Shown here in pieces: positions 45,614-53,600 of a DNA stretch of 64,000 nucleotides. The notes under the pieces are model-generated. The model was not told the origin of the DNA. It saw only the letters and a list, made by a program, of their open reading frames with translations, and did no database searches. Every line of letters begins with the position of its first letter. Position 1 is the first letter of the stretch. The stretch is from Angustibacter luteus (lineage in GTDB: Bacteria > Actinomycetota > Actinomycetes > Actinomycetales > Angustibacteraceae): the NCBI RefSeq assembly GCF_039541115.1, contig NZ_BAABFP010000002.1:496001-560000 (forward strand), given 5' to 3'. The translations under genes were made by a program, and so were the position numbers.

Positions 45614-45793
45614 TCAGCTAGCCAGCAGGCGCAGCCGGAGCTGGACCTGCTCGGCGTGCCGACGAGCCTTGCGCTGCTGCTTGCGGGCACGGGCCAGCCG
45701 CAGGACGTACAGGCCGAGTCGCTCACGTTCAGCGTCGGCGAGCCGCTGGTTGAGATGGGCACGAGCCAGGTCTTCATGCATGAGCTGTTGCAT
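45614..45793 (-). CDS. Small basic helical protein downstream of whiB7 (59 aa)
   Basis: MQQLMHEDLARAHLNQRLADAERER...; AGGAG SD 7 nt upstream. Confidence 0.7.
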   Translation of the reverse strand: MQQLMHEDLARAHLNQRLADAERERLGLYVLRLARARKQQRKARRHAEQVQLRLRLLAS

Positions 45794-45879
45794 CTGAGCA
45801 CTCCTGAGTGAGGAAGGTCGGGTCCCCTGGCGCTCTGCGGCCAGGAGGGAGGTGACATCTACGGCGTGGGCGGCGGCGA

Positions 45880-46167
45880 TCATGCTGCGGCCTCGCACTT
45901 GCGGGGGCGGCCACGCGGACGCTTGCGCGCCACGATCGCGCCCTGGACGAGGAGCTGACCGCCCCAGACACCCCACGGCTCGCGACGCTCGAGGGCGCCG
46001 GCAAGGCATGCGGTGCGGACGGGGCACTCGCCGCACAAGGACTTCGCGGTTTCGACGTCCGCCGGCGACTCTGCGAACCAGAGCTCCGCGTCGTTGGCAC
46101 GACAGGGAATGGCTCGCTTGGTGGCCCGGTCGTCGAGGGTCGGCTCGAGCAGGGTCGTGAGCTGCAT
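45880..46167 (-). CDS. whiB7: WhiB7/WblC transcriptional activator
   Basis: Four Cys (C..CGEC...C), EPWGVWGG turn, C-terminal AT-hook RPRGRPRK; GGAGGTGA SD. Confidence 0.96.
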   Translation of the reverse strand: MQLTTLLEPTLDDRATKRAIPCRANDAELWFAESPADVETAKSLCGECPVRTACLAGALERREPWGVWGGQLLVQGAIVARKRPRGRPRKCEAAA

Positions 46168-46308
46168 GGGTGTCACCTCCATCTGATGGGTGGGGGGTGG
46201 TGCGGTTCGGCCGGGTGCGGCCTGCTGCGGGAGGCGGAGCGGGCGCTGCGCCAGGGTGGTGGTCGTCATCGGTGTGGAGTCCTTGCCGGTCGTCGGTGGT
46301 CGGGTGGC

Positions 46309-46353
46309 AAATACAGAAAGGCCGCGGATCCCGGGTTTCGGGTTCCGCGGCCT
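46309..46353 (-). terminator. Attenuator terminator in whiB7 leader
   Basis: Minus strand AGGCCGCGGAACCCG-AAACC-CGGGATCCGCGGCCT-TTCTGTATTT. Confidence 0.85.
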
Positions 46354-46375
46354 GTGAAGAGCCGGTCTGAGACTG

Positions 46376-46603
46376 CTAGACCGGTGGACTCCAGGTCGTG
46401 GTACCCGAGGGGCCGTCCATGCGCACCTTGACGGTGGCCGGGGCATCGACAGTGAGGCCGTCGAAGCCGCCGAAGGGCAGACCCGTCCCCTGGTACTGAG
46501 CGCTGATGTCTGCGGAGACCACCCCAGAACGCGGGGAGGCGTGCGGACGCGACAGCGCGCTGCAGGTCTGGTCGACCTCCAGCAGGATGTTGATGTTCTC
46601 CAC
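46376..46603 (-). CDS. whiB7 leader peptide (uORF, 75 aa)
   Basis: GTG start after GAGGTGA SD; MENINILLEV...GTTTWSPPV; stop 22 nt before the terminator. Confidence 0.75.
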   Translation of the reverse strand: MENINILLEVDQTCSALSRPHASPRSGVVSADISAQYQGTGLPFGGFDGLTVDAPATVKVRMDGPSGTTTWSPPV

Positions 46604-46668
46604 GACTCTCACCTCGCTCTCATCTCGGGCACGTCTTGGTAGACGGCGGTCTCTTGGCGTTGACGACA

Positions 46669-46708
46669 AGGCTAGACCCGGGTATCCGCGCGGGACAACG
46701 TATTTATC
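46669..46708 (-). promoter_or_regulatory. WhiB7-autoregulated promoter
   Basis: AT-rich GATAAATA-CG-TTGTCC-N18-TAGCCT. Confidence 0.8.
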
Positions 46709-46833
46709 GGTGCGTTCCAGATTCCGTAACCGTTCCGTGACCCGGCCGCCGCCCCGACGTCCGCCCGCGCGGCCACCCAACGCGTCCCTCACGCCCCTGC
46801 GGAACGCCGAAACCCCCACTCCCCCAACGCTTT

Positions 46834-46898
46834 CCGCACCATTCGCGCTTGACGTGGTTTTCCGGGGGCCATAGCCACGTCAAGCGCGAATGGTGCGG
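46834..46898. repeat. Long perfect palindrome (REP/MITE-like or terminator)
   Basis: 24-bp arms CCGCACCATTCGCGCTTGACGTGG / CCACGTCAAGCGCGAATGGTGCGG, 17-nt loop. Confidence 0.8.
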
Positions 46899-46905
46899 GG
46901 AAGGG

Positions 46906-47763
46906 TCAGGGGGTGGCCAGGGCGGCGGCGAGGGCCCCGCGCATGACGGCCTGGTCGGGCTCGAGGCCGGTCCACAGGGTGATGGCGTGGGCGCCCTGCG
47001 CGACGAGCATGCCGAGCCCGTCGACGGTCGGGTTGCCGCGCTCGGCGGCCGCGCGCAGCAGCCAGGTCTGCGGCGGGTTGGGGATCACGTCGGCCACCAC
47101 GCAGGACGACGACAGCGTGCTCAGGTCGACCGGCACCCGGGCCCGGTCGTCGCCCAGCCCGATGGACGTCGCGTTGACCAGCACGTCGACGTCCGGACCG
47201 ACCGCGAGGTCGCCGTCCCAGGGCACGTGCTCGGACGACGCCCCGGTGCGTTCGCGCAGCACCCGGGCCAGGTCCTCGCCGGGCGCCGCGGACCGGCTCA
47301 CCACCGCCACGGATGCCGCGCCGGCCAGCGCCGCCTCGACGGCCACGGCGCGCGCCGCCCCGCCCGCACCGAGCACCACCAGGCGGGCGCCGGTCAGGTC
47401 GACCACCCCGTCCAGCGACGACACGAACCCGCGGCCGTCGGTGTTCTCACCCACCCACCGGCCCTCGCGGCGCACCACGCAGTTCACCGCGCCGATCAGC
47501 TCGGCCGAGGGGGCGAGCGACTCCAGGTGGTCGATCACGGTCACCTTGTGCGGCAGCGAGCAGTTGAAGCCCGCCCAGCCCATCGCGGCCGCTCCGCGCA
47601 CGGCGTCCGCCAGGCTCGCGGCGTCCACGTCGCAGTTGAGGTAGCGGGCGTCGATCCCGTGGTGGCGGTAGGCGGCCTCCACCATCACGACCGTCGGGTT
47701 GTCGCCGGCGGGGGTGGAGAACGAGCCGGTGATCGTGGCCAGGAACGCGCCGTGACCTGCCAT
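46906..47763 (-). CDS. Shikimate dehydrogenase family protein (divergent paralogue)
   Basis: NCSLPHK, GAVNC, ENTDG, GAGGAARA, NATSIG, DGLGMLVAQG. Confidence 0.88.
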   Translation of the reverse strand: MAGHGAFLATITGSFSTPAGDNPTVVMVEAAYRHHGIDARYLNCDVDAASLADAVRGAAAMGWAGFNCSLPHKVTVIDHLESLAPSAELIGAVNCVVRREGRWVGENTDGRGFVSSLDGVVDLTGARLVVLGAGGAARAVAVEAALAGAASVAVVSRSAAPGEDLARVLRERTGASSEHVPWDGDLAVGPDVDVLVNATSIGLGDDRARVPVDLSTLSSSCVVADVIPNPPQTWLLRAAAERGNPTVDGLGMLVAQGAHAITLWTGLEPDQAVMRGALAAALATP

Positions 47764-47795
47764 TCGAGCGACCTCCGCACGGATCGGGGTGTTGG

Positions 47796-49307
47796 ATGGC
47801 CAGTGTGACGGGGTTGTCCGCGTCTGTCGTGGTGGTCGGCTCCGGCATGGGGGGCTCGACCACCGCCTTGGCACTGGCCCGGCGCGGCGTCGACGTCCTC
47901 GTGCTGGAGCGCGGCGAGCGGCTGCCGCGCGAGCCGCAGAACTGGTCCGCGCGGTCGGTGTTCGTCGACCGCCGCTACAAGCCGGACGAGACCTGGTTCG
48001 ACGGCCGCGGTCGCCCCTTCTCGCCGGGCGTGCACTACCTGGTCGGCGGCAACACCAAGGTGTACGGCGCGAGCCTGCCCCGGCTGCGCGAGAGCGACTT
48101 CGACGCCGTCGAGCACCTGGACGGGACGTCGCCCGCCTGGCCGTTCCGCTACCGCGACCTGGAGCCGTACTACGGCCAGGCGGAGCAGCAGCTCGGCGTG
48201 CACGGCACGCCTGGCGACGACCCCACCGAGCCGTGGCGCAGCACCGACTACCCGTTCCCGGCGCTCGAGCACGAACCGTACGTCGCCGCGCTGGCCCACC
48301 GGCTGCGCGCGGCGGGGGCGCACCCGAGCCCGACGTCGATGGGAGTGGACCGGCGGCCGGGCGGGGCGTGCATCCGGTGCGGCACCTGCGACGGGTTCCC
48401 GTGCCGGGTCGACGCCAAGTCCGACGCCGAGACCAGCGCGCTCGACCCCGCCCTGGCCACCGGTCTGGTGCGGCTGGCCACCGGCACGCAGGTGACCCGG
48501 ATCGTGCTGGACGCGACGGGACGCCGGGTCGACCACCTGGTCGCGCAGGGTCCGGACGGCGAGGTCGTGGCGCGCGGCGGCCGGTTCGTGCTGTCGGCCG
48601 GCGCGGTCAACTCGGCGGCGCTGCTGCTCGGCTCGGCCGACGAGGGGCACCCGACCGGGCTGGCGAACTCCAGCGACCTGGTCGGGCGCCGGTTCATGAT
48701 GCACCACAACGCGCACGTCGCCGCGGTCTCGCTGCGGCACCGCAACGACGTGACGTTCCAGAAGACCCTCCAGGTGAACGACTGGTACCTGGACGGCGGC
48801 GACGGCTACCCGCTGGGCTCGCTGCAGCTGATCGGCAAGGTCCAGGGCGTGATGATCCAGAGCTGGCGTCGGCTGCCGCTGCCGCTGCTCGACCGCCTCG
48901 CGGCGCGCAGCGTGGAGTGGCTGGTGATGAGCGAGGACCTGCCGGCGGCCGACAGCCGGGTCCGGCTGGACGGCGCAGGGCAGATCGTGACGACGCGCGC
49001 GGCTACCCGCTCGGCGACCCACCGCGAGCTGCACCGCCGGGCGAAGGCGTTGCTGCGTGCGGCCGGCTACGACGCGGTGTTCACCCAGTGGTTCGACCTC
49101 AGCATGAACAGCCACCAGTGCGGCACGGTCGTCGCCGGGCAGGACCCGGCGACCAGCGTGCTCGACCCCTGGTGCCGCAGCCACGACGTCGAGAACCTGT
49201 GGGTGGTCGACGGCGGGTTCTTCCCGTCGTCGGCGGCGATGAACCCGGCACTGACCATCGCGGCGCAGGCCCTGCGGGTGGTCGCCGAGTCCGACCTGGC
49301 GGCCTGA
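47796..49307 (+). CDS. GMC family oxidoreductase
   Basis: GSGMGG, VGGNTKVYGA, PAWP, CIRCGTCDGFPC, LSAGAVNS, HQCGT, NLWVVDG, NPALTIAA. Confidence 0.92.
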   Translation: MASVTGLSASVVVVGSGMGGSTTALALARRGVDVLVLERGERLPREPQNWSARSVFVDRRYKPDETWFDGRGRPFSPGVHYLVGGNTKVYGASLPRLRESDFDAVEHLDGTSPAWPFRYRDLEPYYGQAEQQLGVHGTPGDDPTEPWRSTDYPFPALEHEPYVAALAHRLRAAGAHPSPTSMGVDRRPGGACIRCGTCDGFPCRVDAKSDAETSALDPALATGLVRLATGTQVTRIVLDATGRRVDHLVAQGPDGEVVARGGRFVLSAGAVNSAALLLGSADEGHPTGLANSSDLVGRRFMMHHNAHVAAVSLRHRNDVTFQKTLQVNDWYLDGGDGYPLGSLQLIGKVQGVMIQSWRRLPLPLLDRLAARSVEWLVMSEDLPAADSRVRLDGAGQIVTTRAATRSATHRELHRRAKALLRAAGYDAVFTQWFDLSMNSHQCGTVVAGQDPATSVLDPWCRSHDVENLWVVDGGFFPSSAAMNPALTIAAQALRVVAESDLAA

Positions 49308-49324
49308 GCCTCAGTCGCGCGCCG

Positions 49325-51475
49325 TCACTCAGCGGCGGGTGGCCCGACTGCGGCCTCGGCCACGACGGCCGGGTCCTCACCACCGAGGACCGCGAGCACC
49401 TGCGCGCCGTACCGGTCGCGCTTGGTGGCGCCGATCCCGGGGATGCGGGCGAGCCCGGCGACGTCGTCCGGCTTGCCCTCGGCGAGCGCCACCAGCGTGG
49501 CGTCGGTGAAGACCACGAACGCCGGCACACTGGTCGCGGTGGCGACGGCAAGCCGCCAGGCGCGCAGGTTCTCGAAGGTCTGCTCGTCGTACGTCGGCGG
49601 GCAGTCGTCGCAGCGACCGACCTTGCGCTCGGCGCCGGTCATCAACGGCTTGCCGCAGGTCCGACACTTGGCCGTGGCCTTGCGGCTGCCACCCCGACCG
49701 CGCTTGGACGACGGCGCCGAGCCGGTCGAGCCGCCGCCGTCCTCGGTGTCGGGGCGCAGCCCGTCGAGGAAGCGGGACGGCTTGCGGGTGGCCCGCCCGC
49801 CGGGGGTGCGGGACCTGGCCCAGGACAGGTGCAGGTGCTCCCGGGCCCGGGTGATGCCGACGTAGAGCAGGCGGCGCTCCTCCTCGACCGCAGTCTGGCC
49901 GTCCGCCATCGAGATCGGCATGAGGCCCTCGGACATGCCGGTGAGGAAGACCGCGTCCCACTCCAGACCCTTGGCCGAGTGCAGCGAGGCCAGCGTGACG
50001 CCCTCCACGGTGGGGGCGTGCTGGGCCGCGGAGCGCTCGTCGAGCTCGGCCACCAGGTCGGACAGCGTCGCCCCCGGACGCGCCGCCTCGACCTCGTCAG
50101 CCAGGCCGGCGAGCGCCTGCAGGGACTCCCAGCGCTCACGGACGGCCCCACTCGCGCTGGGGGTCTGCAGCGTCCAGCCGCCGCTGACCAGGACGTCGCG
50201 GGCCGCCTGGCCGAGCGGCATCTCGGCGTCGGTGGAGCGGGCGGCGCCGCGCAGCAGCATGACCGCCTCGCGCACCTCGCGGCGGCTGAAGAACCGCTCG
50301 CCGCCGCGCAGCACGTAGGCCAGCCCGGCCTCGGCCATCGCCTGCTCCAGCGGCTCGGACTGGGCGTTGGTCCGGAACAGCACCGCGACCTCGCGCGGGC
50401 GCACGCCGTCGGCGACCAGGGCCTTGATCCTGCGGGCGATCCCGGCGGACTCGGCCACGTCGTCGTCGTAGCCGGTGAAGCTGGGCTCGGGGCCCTTGGG
50501 CCGCTGCGCGACCAGCTCGACGCGGGCGGTGCGGTGGGCCGGCGGCACGGCGTCCAGCAGCCGGTTGGCGAGGTTCACCACCTGCGGCGTGGAGCGGTAG
50601 TCACGCACCAGCCGGACCAGCTTGGCGCCGGTGAAGCGGCGCTGGAAGTCCAGCAGGTACTTGGGGCTGGCGCCGGTGAACGAGTAGATGGTCTGGCTCG
50701 CGTCGCCGACCACGCAGAGCTCGTCCCGCCCGCCCAGCCACAGGTCGAGCAGCCGCTGCTGCAGCGGGCTGACGTCCTGGTACTCGTCGACCACGAAGTG
50801 CCGGTACTGCCGGCGCACCGTCTCGGCGATCTGCGGGTGGTCCTGCAGCACCCCGGCCGTCACGAGCAGCACGTCCTCGAAGTCGATGACGCCGCGCTCG
50901 GTCTTGACCTCCTCGTAGAGCGCCAGCACCCGGGCCGCGGCCGTCACGTCCAGGCCCGCCGGGTCGCGACCGGCTCGTCGCGCCGCGGCAGGATAGGTCT
51001 CGGGGGTGAGCATGCTGACCTTGGCCCACTCGACCTCGGCAGCCAGGTCGCGCACCGAGCTGCGGTCCAGCTGCAGCCGCAACCGGGACCCGGCCTCGGC
51101 CACCAGACCGGCCTTGTGCGGCATCACCTCGGGGGCGGCGCCGCCGATGGCCTGCGGCCAGAAGTAGTGGAGCTGGCGCAGCGCGGCCGCGTGGAAGGTC
51201 CGCGCCTGCACCCCGTGCACGCCCAGGTCCCGTAGCCGCGCCCGCATCTCACCGGCCGCGCGGGCGGTGAACGTCACCGCCAGCACCTGCTGCGGCGTGT
51301 AGATCCCGGCGTGCACGCCGTACGCGATCCGGTGGGTGATCGCGCGCGTCTTGCCCGTGCCGGCCCCCGCGAGCACGCACAGCGGACCGCTCAGCGTGCT
51401 GGCGACCTCGCGCTGCTCGGGGTCGAGGGCGTCCAGCACCGCATCGGCGCCCGTCCCGGTCGTCGTCTGGCTCAT
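49325..51475 (-). CDS. uvrD2: ATP-dependent DNA helicase UvrD2
   Basis: AGAGTGKT, VDEYQD, YRSTP, HSAKGLEW, EERRLLYVGITRA, tetracysteine motif and C-terminal HRDC. Confidence 0.96.
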   Translation of the reverse strand: MSQTTTGTGADAVLDALDPEQREVASTLSGPLCVLAGAGTGKTRAITHRIAYGVHAGIYTPQQVLAVTFTARAAGEMRARLRDLGVHGVQARTFHAAALRQLHYFWPQAIGGAAPEVMPHKAGLVAEAGSRLRLQLDRSSVRDLAAEVEWAKVSMLTPETYPAAARRAGRDPAGLDVTAAARVLALYEEVKTERGVIDFEDVLLVTAGVLQDHPQIAETVRRQYRHFVVDEYQDVSPLQQRLLDLWLGGRDELCVVGDASQTIYSFTGASPKYLLDFQRRFTGAKLVRLVRDYRSTPQVVNLANRLLDAVPPAHRTARVELVAQRPKGPEPSFTGYDDDVAESAGIARRIKALVADGVRPREVAVLFRTNAQSEPLEQAMAEAGLAYVLRGGERFFSRREVREAVMLLRGAARSTDAEMPLGQAARDVLVSGGWTLQTPSASGAVRERWESLQALAGLADEVEAARPGATLSDLVAELDERSAAQHAPTVEGVTLASLHSAKGLEWDAVFLTGMSEGLMPISMADGQTAVEEERRLLYVGITRAREHLHLSWARSRTPGGRATRKPSRFLDGLRPDTEDGGGSTGSAPSSKRGRGGSRKATAKCRTCGKPLMTGAERKVGRCDDCPPTYDEQTFENLRAWRLAVATATSVPAFVVFTDATLVALAEGKPDDVAGLARIPGIGATKRDRYGAQVLAVLGGEDPAVVAEAAVGPPAAE

Positions 51476-51483
51476 CACGGACC

Positions 51484-51505
51484 ATCCTCGCACCGGGGTG
51501 CGACA
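51484..51505 (-). promoter_or_regulatory. RecA-NDp/PafBC-type DNA-damage promoter of uvrD2
   Basis: TGTCGC-N10-GAGGAT immediately before GTG-ATG. Confidence 0.5.
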
Positions 51506-51545
51506 TCGCGGCCCCGGCGTCCACAGTCGTCCGGACCATCCCCAA

Positions 51546-51575
51546 GACCATGACCATGACCATGACCAGGATCAC
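51546..51575. repeat. Hexanucleotide tandem repeat
   Basis: GACCAT x3, GACCAG, GATCAC. Confidence 0.7.
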
Positions 51576-51576
51576 G

Positions 51577-51602
51577 GGAAGATCCGCGCGCCCGGCGCCG
51601 TT
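51577..51602 (+). promoter_or_regulatory. SigR/SigH-type ECF promoter of mycoredoxin
   Basis: GGAAG-N18-GTT, ~37 nt upstream of the ATG. Confidence 0.7.
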
Positions 51603-51639
51603 GTGCCAGGTGGCCAGTCCCTCGACCAGCAGGAGAGTC

Positions 51640-51909
51640 ATGCCCGTCCCCACGCCCCCGCCCGCCGGAACGATCACCATGTTCTCGACCACGTGGTGCG
51701 GGTACTGCCGGCGGTTGAAGACCCTGCTGGACCGCGAGGGCATCGGCTACACCGAGGTCAACATCGAGACCGACGAGGACTCGGCGACGTTCGTCGAGCA
51801 GGCGAACGAGGGCAACCAGACCGTCCCGACCCTGCTGTTCCCCGATGGCTCCGTGGCCACCAACCCGAGCCTTGACGAGGTCAAGGCCCGGCTCGAGGCC
51901 GCCGCCTGA
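51640..51909 (+). CDS. mrx1: Mycoredoxin (glutaredoxin-like)
   Basis: TMFSTTWCGYC, GNQTVPT, TNPS; AGGAG SD. Confidence 0.92.
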   Translation: MPVPTPPPAGTITMFSTTWCGYCRRLKTLLDREGIGYTEVNIETDEDSATFVEQANEGNQTVPTLLFPDGSVATNPSLDEVKARLEAAA

Positions 51910-51921
51910 GCGCAGGCTGAG

Positions 51922-52596
51922 GTGCCCGCCAGCCCCATCGCCGCGATCGGCACCGACGCGCTGGCCGATCGGGTGATCAGCCACGCCCGACGGGTCGCCC
52001 GCAGCGCCACCCGCGAGGGGCGCGCCGTCCGGGTCGGCGTGGACGGCGCGGTGCCGGACGACGGCGCCGAGCTCGCCGACCTGGTCGCGCGACGGCTGTC
52101 GGCGGACGGCGTCGCGACCGGCCGGGTCCGCCAGCGCGACTTCGAGCTCCCGCGCTCGCAGCGGCTGGAGTACGGCGCCACCGACCCCGACGTGCTCTGG
52201 GACGGCTGGTACGACGACCGCGCGCTGCGCCGCGAGGTGCTGGACCCGCTCGGCCCGGACGGCGCGACGTCCCGGCACCCGATGCGCTGGCTGCCGTCGC
52301 TGCGCGACCCGTTGACCGACCGGTCCACCCGGGCCGAGCTGCAGGACTGCCCGCCCGGGACGGTGCTCGTCCTCGACGGGCGGTTCCTGCTGCGCGAGGA
52401 GCTCGCCGACGGGTTCGACGTCGTCGTCCACCTGCAGACCTCCACCGCGGCCCAGGAGCGACGGCTGCCGGACGACGACGAGCGGGCCCGGACGCGGCCG
52501 TCCTGGCAGCGCTACCTGGACGAGTGCGCGCCCGCCACCCGGGCCGACCTCGTCGTGCGCTTCGACCACCCGGATCGCCCCGCGCTGCTGGGCTAG
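51922..52596 (+). CDS. Uridine-kinase-like P-loop family protein
   Basis: RVGVDG, DF..PRS.RLEYG, W.D..ALRREVLDPL, ADLVVR.DHP.RPAL. Confidence 0.75.
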   Translation: MPASPIAAIGTDALADRVISHARRVARSATREGRAVRVGVDGAVPDDGAELADLVARRLSADGVATGRVRQRDFELPRSQRLEYGATDPDVLWDGWYDDRALRREVLDPLGPDGATSRHPMRWLPSLRDPLTDRSTRAELQDCPPGTVLVLDGRFLLREELADGFDVVVHLQTSTAAQERRLPDDDERARTRPSWQRYLDECAPATRADLVVRFDHPDRPALLG

Positions 52597-53516
52597 GCCG
52601 GCGGGTCCGGCAGCGGCTCGCCGTACCAGTCCTCGACCAGCGCCCGCGAGATGGACAGTCGCGGCGACAGGCCGACGACCTTGCGCCGCACCTGGTCGAG
52701 GAGCTCGGCCCGGGTGAACCAGCGCGCCTCGGCGATCTCCTCGCCGTCGGGGTGCAGGTCCGTCGTCACGGCGTGCCCGCGGAAGCCGACCATGAGCGAG
52801 GACGGGAACGGCCACGGCTGGCTGCCCCGGTAGTCGACCCGGCCGACGCGGACGCCGACCTCCTCGAACACCTCGCGCCGCACCGTCGACTCCAGCGACT
52901 CCCCCGGCTCGACGAAGCCCGCCAGGGTCGAGAACCGGCCCGTCGGCCACGCGACGTGCCGGCCGAGCAGCAGCCGGTCGTCCTCGTCCACCACGGACAT
53001 GATCACCGCCGGGTCGGTGCGCGGCCAGTGGTCGCTGCCGTCCACCGGGCAGCGCCGGGTGTAGCCCGACGCGACGACCTCGGTGGCCGCCCCGCACAAC
53101 GGGCAGTGCCCGTGCCGGGCGTGCCAGTTGAACACCCCGACCGCCTGCGCGAACAGTCCGGCCTGCTCCGCCGGCAACGTCGTCGCGAGCGCGCGCAGCC
53201 CCAGCCACTCACCGTCGTCGGCCGCGGCCTCGACCGCGGCCTCGACCGCGACGGCCAGGTACGACGTCGCGTCCCCGTCCTCACCCAAGAACACGGCGAG
53301 ACGGTCGGCGTCCGCAGGCTCGGGGGCGCGCAGCCGCAGCGTCGAGCCGTCGACGCGCGCGCGGCCGTCGCTCACCTCCAGCACCCGGCTGCCGGGGTCG
53401 GCCAGCAGGGTCGGCACCAGGTCGGGGCCACGACGGTGAGCGGCCCGGTCGGTGATCGGGTGGGTCAGCGGGAGGTCGGCGAGTGACAGGTCGGGCAGCG
53501 TGGGGTCAGGCAGCAC
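52593..53516 (-). CDS. nudC: NAD(H) pyrophosphatase
   Basis: HCPLCG zinc finger, PRTDPAVI, LAGFVEPGES...REVFEEVG, SQPWPFPSSLM; leaderless GTG after TAGCGT. Confidence 0.95.
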   Translation of the reverse strand: MLPDPTLPDLSLADLPLTHPITDRAAHRRGPDLVPTLLADPGSRVLEVSDGRARVDGSTLRLRAPEPADADRLAVFLGEDGDATSYLAVAVEAAVEAAADDGEWLGLRALATTLPAEQAGLFAQAVGVFNWHARHGHCPLCGAATEVVASGYTRRCPVDGSDHWPRTDPAVIMSVVDEDDRLLLGRHVAWPTGRFSTLAGFVEPGESLESTVRREVFEEVGVRVGRVDYRGSQPWPFPSSLMVGFRGHAVTTDLHPDGEEIAEARWFTRAELLDQVRRKVVGLSPRLSISRALVEDWYGEPLPDPPA

Positions 53517-53600
53517 ACGTCGCACGCTACCCAGCGGCGCCAACACGCCGTGGCCCGGCTCGGCCCGGCGCGTGCCGCAGGTGGGGCTTACCGTGAACGG

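Noticed and set aside
46168..46446. Extended N-terminus of WhiB7 (188-aa or 129-aa forms)
   Set aside because: The longest form crosses the attenuator and uORF; the strong GGAGGTGA SD supports the ATG at 46167, though the ATG at 46269 cannot be fully excluded
47789..51235. Very long alternative-frame ORFs (e.g. 47789-51235 +, 55445-58978 +, 30444-33377 +, 21712-24279 +, 558-2414 +)
   Set aside because: Antisense or off-frame shadows of well-supported genes in high-GC DNA; no family motifs
51336..51875. His/Asp-rich metal-binding ORF (DHDHDHDQDH)
   Set aside because: Product of the hexamer microsatellite in a frame overlapping uvrD2 and mrx1; no SD or other support
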